Shown piece by piece: positions 50,185 to 63,266 of a stretch of DNA of 64,000 nucleotides. Numbering within the stretch: the first letter of the stretch is position 1; the number at the start of each line of letters is the position of its first letter. The stretch spans positions 124,001-188,000 of the IMG/VR virus record IMGVR_UViG_3300005613_000002; one strand, given 5' to 3'. The notes below the pieces were generated by a model. It did not search any database. It saw only the letters and a program-made list of their open reading frames with translations, and was not told where the DNA came from. Both the position numbers and the translations under genes were made by a program.

Positions 50185-53100
50185 ATTAGAATTATGGGAA
50201 AACAATGTTTTACATGCGCCAATAAATTAAGTAAAGAGTTATCTGCTGAAGAAAAGAAAGATATTGAAATTATTAATCTTGCAAATAACAACCCTTATAA
50301 AAGAATTCCAGAAATGATATTTAATTGTAAAGTCAGTGGTGAAAGGATAAATCAAACTGACCCTGCTTGTAATGATTATGAATCAGATAAATTTATGGAA
50401 GATATAAGAGTGGAAATTTCCAAAACTGCTAGAAAATTAAGAAAAGAATTATAGTCAATTATCATAGGATTATTATATAGTATATATACTATATAATAAT
50501 CTGTTTCAAAAAGAACTAGAATCTTGTCGCAAATTCATACTATATTTACGACAAGATTTGTCACGATTATACCATAAATTTGTGACAAAAATAATCATTT
50601 TTCTCTTATTCATTACTAAAATAAATATTTTTCATGTAAAGTAAGTTTTTTTCATGAAATATAGGTGCAATCAATTATTTTTTATAAATTATAAGGGTAA
50701 TTAGTTTGATATTAATTTTTTTTAAATTATATTTGTTGTTGATAATATACATAATATGAAAATAATTAACGAAAGTGGATTAGAATTTAATGATATTAGT
50801 TCTGAGGAATATAGAATATATGAATGGGGCGATGGTGAAACTATTAAAATACAAAAACCCACACATTTAAATGTAAGTAAGAGTGGTGGTCATAGAATTT
50901 TTGATGATAATGGGATTTCACATTATATTCCATCTGGTTGGAAACATTTAAGTTGGAAAGCATTTCAAGGAAAACCTAATTTCGTAAAATGAAAGATTTA
51001 AAAATTATTAAGCTTGGTTATAAAGTGGATTTAAACAAAATCCATGATAGTTATTTCATTACTGAAATAGCAACAATTGCTGAAAATAAAACTGAAGCAA
51101 GATCAATTTTGTTAAATAAAATTAATGAATTAAACCAAGATTTAATATATTACACTGGTGAATCAATTACTCTAAAAAACATTCCACTAATAAGAGCCGA
51201 AGAATATGATAAAGTATTATTTGAGGATTCTGAAATTGTTAGATGGAAAATTCCAATACTAATAGCATCAAGAGAACGTAATAATAAACACGATGAAATA
51301 TTGAATAATTATGATATTGAATTTTGTTATATTATTAAAGATGGATTATATTATAGACCAAAATATGCTGGCTATTGTGATAATATAAAGGATGCTGGTG
51401 TTTATTCTAAGGAAGCTGCTGTGGATTCAGCGAAAAAATGTGAAGACTTAATAATCATTCCTATCGATATTAATGAACATAATAAAATTATTCAAAAAGA
51501 AATAGATAAATTAAAATCTAAAATAATAATAGCTTAATAAATTAACAAAATGAGTAAAATACCAAGTAAAGAAGAAAATCCAAATGGATTACACAAACGA
51601 TATGTTATTGCAAAAACTAATGGTGAACCAGTTGATGAAAATGCTGAATATTTTATCATGAGGCTTGATTTAAATGGTGATGATAAAAAACATATTGCTG
51701 CATGTAGAGATGCTGTCTTAGTATATGCTGATAAAATTAAAGATCATCTACCACAATTATCCAAGGACTTAATTAATAGATATGGGGAATAATGAAAAAT
51801 TAATTAAGCCACCATTTGGTCTGTTACCTAAATATTATCATGAAAGAAATGTTAAAATAAAAAGATTTTCTGAAATTTGTGATGCTATATCTGATTATTA
51901 TAATAAGGGTTTAAAAATTAATATCAGTTGGGTTGAAGAATATAATGAATTAGTTGGTGAAACGAAACAATATTATGACGAAGAAAGACTTCAAAAAAAA
52001 GATAAATGATATAATCTTAGCTGAAACACCTGAGATTAAATCTGATTTGATTGATGAATTATATAAAAGAACTGTTACTAATAATGTTAAAACTATTAGT
52101 AGACTTTCACATATGATAACTGAAATAAATCGATTAGCTGGTAAATTTGATGATTAAATTAAATGATGATATTAAAATTAAACCACTTGATTGTGAATTA
52201 AGTGATGATATAAAAAACTATTTAAAAATGTTGGAATGGAGCAAAAATGCACTCGCAGCATACACATATTCGTTATTTATGATACCTAAATAATTATGGG
52301 ACAAAAAAAAACAGTGTTACATAAAATAATTTCAGACTTTAAAGAAATTCATAATAGAGGAATTGTTTTAACCAATAAAGGACTTCTTATGGCATTAGAA
52401 AATTCATTAGAGAATGAACGTCAACAAATAGCTGACGCTTTTGAAGAAGGACAGAAATACGAGAAAAGTGATTCACCATCATTTGATTATCGAACAACTA
52501 AATATATAAACTGGACATATGAAACATACATCTAAGATGAAAAATAATATAAAAGATAGTTTTAGTAAACAATTAAAAGGTAACGAAATTGTTACCGAAG
52601 AAATATTTAAGAAAATAAAAACTAAAGAATATCATAGTGGTAGAAAAGTTAAAATTGGTGATAGAATGTTATTTGCTTTTTTAAATGATGATGTTAATAT
52701 TGAACCAGTTGAATATCTTGATGAACCATTATCAAAAGATATCGAAACTCCTGAAATTAAAATAACATTAATCATTATTCATGAAGATGAAATTGATAAT
52801 TATGTCTTAAATGAAAATAGAAAAATTAGTGGGATTCCAGAGGATGTACCAATTGTATCAATAAAAAAATAATTCAAATTAATAATAAATAATATGGAAA
52901 AAATAAAAACCTATATCAAACCATTAACAAATGATGAAAGAGATCAAGCAAGAAAAGAACATGGTGGTAATTGCTTTCTTTCAATGAGTAGTAGATTTCA
53001 CTTGATTGATAGTCTAAAAGATTTAAAATTTGGTAAACCAGTAAAGTATCAATCATTAGTTGATGAATTAATAGAACTTGTGAAAACTAGAGAAGAAGAA

Positions 53101-56100
53101 GGTGTTCCATTTACTTAAAAATAATACCATTTTATATTAAATGAATATGAATAAAAATAAAGTAATATCAATACTTGAGGAACTTGCAGATTGTTCTGAT
53201 TCACAAGATGTTAATGAAAGTGCTAGTTATTATTGTGGTATTCAAGCAGCAATAACTGTGATTAAAAATCATGAAAATATTAAAGAATTACTAACATACG
53301 AAGATTTACCAGAATATGGTAAATTTGTGTTAGTTTCAGGTATCGATCAAAAAACATACGGAATTAGAAGATGGCATGTGTGTGAAATGAATGATCTTGA
53401 AGATGGAATGTGTTTTAAAGAAAAAGGACTATTTCATTGGCTTACCGAAGATGGGACTGAAATAACTGAGGTAACGCATTGGTGTGACACACCTGAACTA
53501 CCAAATAAAAAATAACAACAGATGAAAACAAATAATTATAAAACACCACATATAGCATATCAGAATGTTATATCATTTACTTGTTCTGATGGGTCAATTA
53601 ATTCGTTAATTGAATTTTTAAATAAACTTAGAAGTCTAGGACAAATGGGTAGTAGTAGAGATGTTACTATTGATTGGGATGGTGATGGACGTGATAGAGT
53701 TGAAAATATATCAGTAAATGGTATGTCATTAGATGCATGGGATAAAGAACAAAAAAGATTGAAAAATAATATAATTGATGTGAAAAATGATGATATTATT
53801 GATGAATCTAATGAAACTACCCAAGAAAAATAATTATGAAAAAACTATTACTTGATAATGTTGAAATTATTAGAGAGTCAGAACTTAAAGGTGATGAAAT
53901 AATAATTGTAATGAAATTAGGAAAAGCAGTTGGTGTAATTTCTAAAGATAATGATGGTTACTATGGAATGATTGAAAATATGCATTCATATAAAAAGAAA
54001 AGTTTTTCTGAAATAATAATGGATGAAAAATTTAAAAATTGTGAATTTGTTATAAGTGAATAATATCACAGATGGAAGATAAGAAAATTGAAATATTAAA
54101 AAAAGCTGAAGCATTTATTTGGGGTAAAAGGAAAAATAATGCCGATAATGACCTTCTTGAAGATTTACAGGATTTGAGAGAAGAATTGGAAACTAATACT
54201 GACCCAATAGAATTTACTTTACCTGACATCGAAAAAATTAAAGAATATGCTATTGGTAATTTAGATAAATATCATGATAATTGTCTTTATGGATTAGATT
54301 CAGGGGTAAATAGTTGTTATGAATATATATGTGAACATATTGAAATAAAAAATAAGTTCTTGGCTTGGCTTGATACTGAAATAGAACGAGACACCAAAGA
54401 ATTTGAATATTGTAAAATTGTTGGGAATGCTAGTAAGGGAATTCCATTAGAAAATAAAGTGGAAATATATAAAAAAATTAGAAAACAGTTTTTATTAAAA
54501 AAATAAATTATGAGTACAAAAAATATTGAATTAAAAGATGTAACTATAATGCCAAAAAATGGTGATATTGGTATGTCATTAGAAGCAGAAGTTTTATTAC
54601 ATAGGCATGATGTGGATGGTAGTCAAATTATAGTATTAAAAACACCAAGAAGGGAAAGTATTGATAAGTTTATTTCTGATGAAATGACTGGGAAAATTAA
54701 ATAAGTAAGTCTGTTCATTTATTTTTAATGTTCATGTATAATGAACAGACAATATTTGTGAACATTAAAACAATAATTATGGTAAATGTTGAAGGTATTG
54801 TTAAAGTTTTTATTATTGATACGTTAGTGTGTTCAGTTCAATTATTACAATTGAAGAAATACCAAATGGAAAAACATAATTGGAAACTAGAACAATGGGA
54901 AGAATATTTTCAAATATATAAAAACAATTTAAATAATATTGGATTAATTAAAAAGAAAATAGAATGTAAAAACAGTCCGACAGGTAAACATGTTTTTATT
55001 CCTGCTCCAGATAGTTTTGATGAACCATATTGTAAATATTGTCATAAAACAAGTTAAAATGAAAAAGTTATTATTATTAATCTTATTACTGATTTCAATA
55101 TCAACATATTCACAAAAAAATGTTGGTTATCTTGTCTCAATAAATATTGATTCAATTTCACATACTAATGTATATAAAATTGATTCTATTGATATAGTTA
55201 ATGAACTTTTTAATCATTATGCTGGAATTGATTTAGATTTATCAAATGTGTTTATTAACGATATTCTCTTTTTTGAATTTAGACATAATCATATTAATTT
55301 TTATTGTGAAAAGAAAAGAATTATATATAAAAAAAATGGAAAAGTTGTATATAGAAAAATCAAAATAAATAAAAAGCAATGGAAAGGCATAAAGAAATAG
55401 GGTACGATTTATGTGATATATATTGGCATAATATTGATGGTTTTAAAAATTTATGGAATAATACAGATATTAAAACTAAAGATAAATGTGTTAATGGTAT
55501 TGGTAAACTTGCTTTAAAACTCTGTAAAAAAGAATATGAGGAAAACGATTATAAAGAAACGTTAAATCTATTGAAAAAACGTGAAGACGAATATAATGAA
55601 ATGGTTATTCATAATATTAGATTGAGGAAACATAGAAATTATTATAGGGTTGCCTCAATAATTCTTTTAATTATTTGTATTATATTAATGATTGGTAATT
55701 CTTGTCAAATGTAAAAACTATGTATCATGAAAAAAAGTTATAATGAAGTTAATTATTGTGTATACTTAAAAAATGGTGATGATAATTTTACATTACTGAA
55801 AAAATCAATTATATATCAAGAGAAAACCAACACCCCAACTCATGAACCAATTAATGATGTGGAAGTCTTTAATATCTTCACAAAACTATTTCCAATACTT
55901 AATAAAATACCAAAAAACATAATTACCATTCATAAAGCATGGGAAACTTCACATCCATTAAGTCCTGATGAAGAAATACCAACTAATGAATATGATGATA
56001 ATGGTCATAAAATAATAACTAGAAGGTATAATGAATGGCTTAATAAACCAGAAAATAAAAATATTTTAAAAGTGGAAGATCATAAATCATTAATAACAGA

Positions 56101-56413
56101 TAAACCATTTCTATTTTATTATACACCTTGGAAATTAGAACCTCATAGATATATATTAATTTATGGGAAAAATGAAGAAGAAGCAAGAATTAAAGGTGTG
56201 AAGATTTTAAATAATACAATTAAACCATCAGATTTAATTTCATGTACACATTTTTGAATGATATAAAGTATTTATAAATAATGATAATATAAATTAATCA
56301 TGAAAAAGAAAATAAATAATGAAACAACAATATTGATAATATTAATTGTTTCATTATTTATTTTTTGTGTAATATTATTAATGCCTTAAATCATTCTTAT
56401 AGTATTTATTATT

Positions 56414-56920
56414 GTGAAAATGAAAAATATAATAAATAACGTCATTACCGAATTCATCAATGAAACCAGACAAGATTATTTGAGATGGAAACGTAAAAAT
56501 GTAACTCTTAGAGGTATTAAAGAACTAGGAAAACATAATGAAGTTTATGGTTCTTTTGGAAAAGGTCTATATACTGTTCCTCTTAGTAATAAAGCAATGG
56601 CTAAAACATATGGGGATGTTTACTTCTTAGTAAATGCAATCCCAAAAAAACCATATGTCGTTCAAGGTATTAATGCTGCTGAAATGTTGAGACAAGGATT
56701 AGTTGATAAATTTTGTAAGAAAAATGGAAAAGACTATGACCCAAGATACTTTGATGCAAACACTACAATGGAAAAAGAAATGCAAGATAATGGTTATGAT
56801 GGTTTAATCATTAAAGGTCGTGAAATGGTTAACTATAACCCACCTGAAGACGTATTATATTTCGAAAATGAAAGACAATTAGAAAACTATTATAATAGTC
56901 GTGTTGGTTCATTAAATTAA
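56414..56920 (+). CDS. Hypothetical protein, possible ART-like fold
   Basis: TLRG..FGKGLY..GYDGLII; N-terminal IINNVITEFINE. Confidence 0.45.
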   Translation: MKMKNIINNVITEFINETRQDYLRWKRKNVTLRGIKELGKHNEVYGSFGKGLYTVPLSNKAMAKTYGDVYFLVNAIPKKPYVVQGINAAEMLRQGLVDKFCKKNGKDYDPRYFDANTTMEKEMQDNGYDGLIIKGREMVNYNPPEDVLYFENERQLENYYNSRVGSLN

Positions 56921-57137
56921 AATTATAACATGGAACTAAAAATTAGATTTCCAATTTTGGAAACAAAAGAATCCGAAAACTATGCATTAATTCTAAAAGA
57001 TAGTAATAGTAAATATCATTATTTTAATTTTGATGGTACATATGACGGATATTCTCATGAACCAAATATCGATGGAGTAACTGGAACTTGCCTAAACTAA
57101 AAATATTATGGAAAATAATAAAATTAATATCTAACTA

Positions 57138-57791
57138 ATGAAAAAAAAGAAATTTATAGCAGAACAACAAAGAAATAGAATGCTTGAAACATCAGGTATT
57201 AATGCAACTGCTGGAGCAAACCTATTCTCAATAGATATACAACCTGAATATGAAAACTCAATTACATTCATCGATACATATATTCAATACCTTAATGAAA
57301 ACTATAATACATTAAATTCATTAACATTCTTCTTTAATGGTGAAAATACATTGGGAATGATTAGTGAAAATGATTATAGATATTGGCTTATGAGAAATGG
57401 TCTAAGCGAAGAAGTATTAGAATATGCAAGTTTCTATGATAAAGGTTATGCATTCTTTAGATACTGTATGGACGAAGGTATAGATGATGAAGATATCGTT
57501 GCATTAGTAAAATTTATGATGAATAACAATATAAACGATAGTAGAGATATAACCAAAGAACTATGGAATCAATTCGTAATTGAAAATGAAATTGAACAAT
57601 CAGAAGCTCGTGACTTATTAGAAGCATCTGATGACATGATTAATGTTCCTGACCTTATGGATTACCTAAAAAACTATTATGGTAAAATAACACTATGCGG
57701 TGGTGGTATAGATGAATGTATGAAAGAAGTTGAAATAGCTTTAATGACATTAGATAAACCCTATAACGTTTTAACACAATTCTCATACTAA
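57138..57791 (+). CDS. Isochorismatase-like hydrolase
   Basis: SIDIQPEY and LCGGGIDEC motifs. Confidence 0.5.
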   Translation: MKKKKFIAEQQRNRMLETSGINATAGANLFSIDIQPEYENSITFIDTYIQYLNENYNTLNSLTFFFNGENTLGMISENDYRYWLMRNGLSEEVLEYASFYDKGYAFFRYCMDEGIDDEDIVALVKFMMNNNINDSRDITKELWNQFVIENEIEQSEARDLLEASDDMINVPDLMDYLKNYYGKITLCGGGIDECMKEVEIALMTLDKPYNVLTQFSY

Positions 57792-58860
57792 AAACGAAAA
57801 ATTTTTTTATAATAAATTATAATAATGGAATACAATAAAATGACATATCTCGATCTTTTAGATGAAAGATTGAAAATTAATAACGCAATTAATGAATATG
57901 ATGAAAGATTAAAACAAGAGGTATATACTGTTAAAGCTAATGGAGAATCAGAACACTATGAATCACCACTAGAAGCAGCTAATATGGCAATAGAAACCAT
58001 TCAAAGAGAATTAAATGATGAAGAAGACCTAATCTCATTATTTGAAATGGGTGTTGAACTAAAAACAACTAAATTTAATCAAGCAGAAATAAAAGAATTT
58101 GTTATTATGTCAAATCCCTAAGTTAATCCCTATTCCTTTTTACTTCTTCATAGTCATAAGCAATTATCGCAAGAAATAATATAATAGTTAAATTTAAACT
58201 TGTATCAACCAAACTATTTCCTAAATTACCAATACCAATAATAATATCATAAATCATATCTATTTTATTTAATTAATTTCCCACAATTAGGACAATATTT
58301 TTCTTTTAAAACCTTATCACAATCATATGACTTTCCACATGTGGTAACATACTCATAATCGTGAAATCCAAACATTCCAAAGTCAGAACGTTTCCATATA
58401 CAATATGTGTTTTCTTTTGTATTCATGTAATGTTTTATATAATCAGTATGCTTACTCATATAACTCAGGGTATTTTGCCTTATCAATAGTTAACCATGAT
58501 TCATATGCTGGATTATCTCCACAATTTTTTAATATCGACCATATAAATCCTAATCCTAATGGTATTCCAATTATATATTCCATACTTCCCATTTTATTTT
58601 TCGCTTCCTAAATCCACCTATACAATAATGTGGTGTTTTTCTAGTAAACTTATCCCTACCACAAAGTAAACATCTATATTTAATTGTTTTCATACTATAA
58701 CTATTTAAAATTAAAAAATAACTTTAATTTAATTATTACTCTAACTATCCACCTATTTTGATTACAATGCTTACAATAAATATAATCATATAATTTAAGA
58801 TCATCACTACAAATTTTACATTTTTCAATATCACCCTCAAGTATAATCATGAATTATATT

Positions 58861-59244
58861 TTAAATCCTTACAATTTCACCACTTGGAGGTTTCGCACTA
58901 ATTCCATTCCTGTTAAACATAACAAAATTAATAACATTACCACTATCTGGTAAAATAATTCCATCATAACCCATATTATCAATCTCACCTAAAGAATATT
59001 TCTCATATTCTTCCCATCCAGCAGGATTATTAATTGTTATATACCTTTTCATTATGTGTTTTGAACCTAAACCACCATGCTCCTGATTCTTTATGCTTTC
59101 AATACTATTAGTAAACCATACCACCCCTTGTGTGGCTCTAGCAAAACTAAAGTTAGAAAACTTTTCATTAGTCCCATGATATACTTCATATGTAGTCTCG
59201 TTTAACAATTCTAATTCTTCTTTTATTATTTTCTTAAAATCCAT
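58861..59244 (-). CDS. ART-PolyVal-like domain protein with KKIIKEE N-terminus
   Basis: VYHGT..F..F..VWFT..GYDGII. Confidence 0.55.
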   Translation of the reverse strand: MDFKKIIKEELELLNETTYEVYHGTNEKFSNFSFARATQGVVWFTNSIESIKNQEHGGLGSKHIMKRYITINNPAGWEEYEKYSLGEIDNMGYDGIILPDSGNVINFVMFNRNGISAKPPSGEIVRI

Positions 59245-59347
59245 ACTTAAATTTTATTATAAATACATGATGAAACATATATGGATGCTATCAATATTAC
59301 TCTCACCGATAGGTGCTCCGAACATGTTTTACTTTCCTTTATCTAAA

Positions 59348-59408
59348 ACATTAAGGCTATCGTACTATTTAAATGAATGGCTGCTTCCAAGCCAACATAC
59401 CTTAATGT
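59348..59408 (-). ncRNA. 23S rRNA uL11-binding domain (H43/H44) mimic
   Basis: Minus strand reads ATGTTGGCTTGGAAGCAGCCATTCATTTAAA, closed by an ACATTAAGG/CCTTAATGT stem. Confidence 0.7.
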
Positions 59409-59416
59409 GAATGATA

Positions 59417-59695
59417 TTAACACCATATTATCTTATTACCTGTTATAAAATAATGTGCATGATATTTAGGTGCTTCACTTTTAGTATTCCCAATTGATGG
59501 TCTTAATGTAATGAGACCATCATTATCAATTAATTTCCAGTTTTCAGGTGATAATGGTGTTACTGTTTCTAACCCACATCCACAAGCACATAAATGTATT
59601 GCAATATGATTTTTCACAATATATAAAATACCCTCAGTAAGGAATTCTTTCTCTGGTATTGAATTACAATATTTAGGTATTAATTTATTTATCAT
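59417..59695 (-). CDS. DUF6527-like protein
   Basis: HLCACGCG..TLRPSIGN..HYFI..IIWC. Confidence 0.65.
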   Translation of the reverse strand: MINKLIPKYCNSIPEKEFLTEGILYIVKNHIAIHLCACGCGLETVTPLSPENWKLIDNDGLITLRPSIGNTKSEAPKYHAHYFITGNKIIWC

Positions 59696-60345
59696 TTAAA
59701 TAGTGTCACCAATATTAAATAAATTTGCATATTCAGGTCTAATATTTATATCTTTATAGTTTCCTAACGTGTCAAGAATATAAAAATCATAAGCATCAAT
59801 CGTCCCTACACTATCATGTACAATATTTAAAATAACCGAACCCTTATGGTCGTTTACTTCATCAAACGTAGTCATAGATAGCTGACACGAAATTAAGAAA
59901 AATACCAACAATACTAATACTAATAATAACCATATTTTTTTCATAATCTTAATTTAAGTTTATTTGACAAATATATGGAAAATAAATTAAAAACAATTGT
60001 TAATCTAAATAAATTTTAATATTTTTAATAATGATTTATAATGAAAATGATATTAAACAAGCAAAACTAAATCTAAAACATCGTGCACCCATCGTTAAAG
60101 AATATAATGGCTATATCGTGTTAGCTCATACAATCGATGATTTTAATATTAAATGTAATCATATTTTAATGGGTAGAAAAGATGGATTTTTTACAATAGA
60201 ACGTGCATTAAACTATAATCCCTAAACCATTATTTTTTTTTCTAAAATTTTTTTAACTTCGAATAATCAAGTAAATGTTTAGTTTTCAGGGTTTTAGATT
60301 TTTATTTTAGGAAATTTTTTATGATTGAAAAAGTTATTCATGTAG

Positions 60346-60414
60346 CACCCCCACCTGTCAGAAGGGGTGTATATGGGGGGTCAGGGGTGGGGGGATACGG
60401 GGGTTGTGGTGGTG
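60346..60414 (+). other. G-rich island with potential G-quadruplex
   Basis: Five G4-6 tracts in an otherwise very AT-rich sequence. Confidence 0.6.
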
Positions 60415-60636
60415 TTAGCTTAGAGGTGCATTAGCTTAGTTATATTAAACGTTCATGTATATAGATGGTAAAACGTACCAGTTTAACCTTAGTGAGCTAA
60501 AAACGTCTTAAATATAGCTCAGAAATGATTTTGACATATCCAAATTTATATATCTATTTATAATTAATATAGATAAACGAATTAGTTAATAAAAAAGGTG
60601 CAGAAGTTTGCACCTTTAATAAATTTTACAGTTGGA

Positions 60637-61221
60637 TTATTTAAGTTTATACTGTTCACCTGAAATATTTACACCTGTTAACTGTTCATCATTAACGAGG
60701 AAATTTCTAAATTTGGCAGTGGTGAAATTAAAATGTTTTTTAACTGCATTTTGGCACTTGGTTAATTCACGGCTATTAACTGTTTTGTATTCACCTTTTA
60801 CAATAACATCTTTTGAAACAGATAAGGCATAAATTGAAATTTTACCAGTTTCAAGATGTAAACGAATTGAGTTCGTAATTTTCACATAAGAATCTGATTG
60901 TGCTTTGCTTTGGTTGCTTGCAGTTTCTTTGCTTTGGTTTTTAATAAAACTTTGAGTAAGTTTTGCAATGGCAGTATTAACCAATTCAATACTAAAACCT
61001 TTTTCACTAATTGCTTTAATATCTTTTTCAGTTGCACCTTGTAACTTTTTCAAGTCTTTTTCAACTGCATTGCCATAACTAAAATTAGCATTAACAACAT
61101 GGTTTGATACTTCGCCAGTTGATTTGCTTGTATAGCCTTTAATTCCCACAAAACTAGCACCATTTAAATTCTCAAAAGTTCCAATAATTCCTTTAATTGT
61201 TTGTTTTGTTTTAGTGTTCAT
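60637..61221 (-). CDS. Hypothetical protein (likely early)
   Basis: 194 aa ORF, divergent from the sigma gene; terminator at ~60591-60617. Confidence 0.6.
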   Translation of the reverse strand: MNTKTKQTIKGIIGTFENLNGASFVGIKGYTSKSTGEVSNHVVNANFSYGNAVEKDLKKLQGATEKDIKAISEKGFSIELVNTAIAKLTQSFIKNQSKETASNQSKAQSDSYVKITNSIRLHLETGKISIYALSVSKDVIVKGEYKTVNSRELTKCQNAVKKHFNFTTAKFRNFLVNDEQLTGVNISGEQYKLK

Positions 61222-61698
61222 AACAGTAAGTGTTTATAAATTAATAATTTTATTGTCATTATTGACATTACAAAGAAAGGCATAAATATTTGAACCACCA
61301 ACTTTTTAATTAAAAACTTTATATGTTGGTTAACATGTATCAAAAATTAAAATATCTATACATAGTATAGATAATATGTTATCTTTAATTAGTTATCTAT
61401 ACATATATTGGTTAACATGTTATCTTTAATTAGTTATTATGATACTATCAAATGATACAATAAGACACGATATAATACTATATTGATACTATTTAATAAT
61501 CAGCCAAAAGTCCTAATTATTTGCTATTTTGGCTGGTTATTAAATAATATTATTGTTTTATAGTTGTGATTATCAGTATAATTAACTTTTGTTACATTTT
61601 TAATTAAAAAAGTTTAATATTTATTTGGTGGTCTGAATATTTATTCGTTAATTTGTTAAGTCATTTAATTAATAATACAAATTTAAACACTTACAATT

Positions 61699-62265
61699 AT
61701 GAATTTAACAGACAAACAAAAAGCGATTGAAAACAAAGATTTTACAGGTATTTACAATAGTTTTCATTCAGAAATTTTAAGTTATGTAACTTACAAAATG
61801 AATAATAGTATGGTTGCGGAGGATATAACAAGTGAAGTTTTTGTAAAGGTTTACAAAAATTTAGATTCTTATGATAGTTCAAAAGCTCAATTTAATACTT
61901 GGTTATATTTCATAGCAAATAATTCAATTATTGATTATTGGAGAAAAAACAAAAATACATCAAATGTATCAATTGGTGATTTTGTGGATAGTGAAGGAAA
62001 AGAAACTTTTCAAATTGAATCAGATAGTGAGTCAAACGGTGAAATTGAGAGTAAAGAATTAATGAATAATATTGTTAAGGCATTTGAAGGATTAAAACCA
62101 AAATATCAAAAGGTTGCAAGACTGTTATTTTTGGAACAAAAGAAATATGATGAAATTGCAGAAATTTGTGAAATGCCAATGAATAATGTTAAGGTAACAA
62201 TTAACAGGTGCAGAAAAATGTTACAAGCTCAACTACAAAACCAAAAAGTTGAATATTCACTATAA
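61699..62265 (+). CDS. ECF-family RNA polymerase sigma factor
   Basis: AEDITSEVFVKV, FNTWLYFIANNSIIDYWRK (region 2); YDEIAEICEMPMNNVKVTINRCR (region 4). Confidence 0.9.
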   Translation: MNLTDKQKAIENKDFTGIYNSFHSEILSYVTYKMNNSMVAEDITSEVFVKVYKNLDSYDSSKAQFNTWLYFIANNSIIDYWRKNKNTSNVSIGDFVDSEGKETFQIESDSESNGEIESKELMNNIVKAFEGLKPKYQKVARLLFLEQKKYDEIAEICEMPMNNVKVTINRCRKMLQAQLQNQKVEYSL

Positions 62266-62698
62266 TACACAAACCTTAAAAAAGAATGTGGGCAATGTCC
62301 ATATTCTTTTTTTTTAAAACCTAAAATTATGTTATCAATTCAAGAACATTTACAAAGGGATATTAATAATAATAAAAGTATTGCTTGGTGGGCAAAAGGT
62401 TTTTATATTTCAAAAGGTGGTGAACATGGTTTTGATTTAAAGATACCTTTTTTTGCTTTTAATAATAACATTGACGAATTAAAACCAAATGATACAACTA
62501 AAGTATTAGTTGATTATTTGGGTTCAATGGTTTGGGTCAATGTACTAGTACATTGGTTGCATTATGGTTATGGTGTTGAAAATTCACCAAGTAAAGAGGG
62601 AAAACTTATCAGATACCAATTAGAAAATTTAAAGAATTAAATGTAACAATGTTCATTAAAAAACGTATAATAAGTATAACAATTTAAAACTTACAATA

Positions 62699-62959
62699 AT
62701 GGCAAAAGTAACAACAAAAAAAGAAGTTAGACCTTTATATGAGATTGCAAATGACATTGAAAAGGATTGGAAAAATATGTATTTTGGTGCAGTTCCTTAT
62801 TTTCAAGCCATGCAAACATTAAATAGTATTGAAGATGACTATATACATGATTCAGCTAAAAGCATTGTACTTTATTTCTTATCCAATGCTGGAACTTGGA
62901 AGGGTGAAAAAGCTAGGGAAATCAAAAAGGAATTAAAAAAATTAGCTGGTGTTAAGTAA
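62699..62959 (+). CDS. Hypothetical phage protein
   Basis: RPLYEIA..YFGAVPY..YFLSNAGTWKGEKAREIK. Confidence 0.6.
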   Translation: MAKVTTKKEVRPLYEIANDIEKDWKNMYFGAVPYFQAMQTLNSIEDDYIHDSAKSIVLYFLSNAGTWKGEKAREIKKELKKLAGVK

Positions 62960-63266
62960 GTGTTTCACTAGTTGATTGGAGGGAAACCTTAAAAGGGGGA
63001 AGTATTAATTTACTTTCCCCTTTTGCTTTTAAAATAGTGATAGCACAACAATAAAAATAGTAAGTGAACAATGTAACAATAGTGGTCAATGTCCGTATAA
63101 TAAGTATGAAATATAAAGTAATGTACAAATAAGATATTAAACTTTTGTTTACTTTTATTGTAAGTGTGTTTAAAGGGTGAATCATTTAACCAGAATGACA
63201 CCCTTTTTTTTGTAACCTTTTTTAATTAAAAACGTATAATAAGTATAACAATTAAAACATACGACA

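Noticed and set aside
50756-56257. Run of small ORFs as a defined system
   Set aside because: Probably real hypothetical phage genes, but no recognisable motifs support specific calls.
59348-59408. rRNA gene
   Set aside because: Only about 45 nt is rRNA-like and the flanks are phage genes, so it is treated as a mimic.
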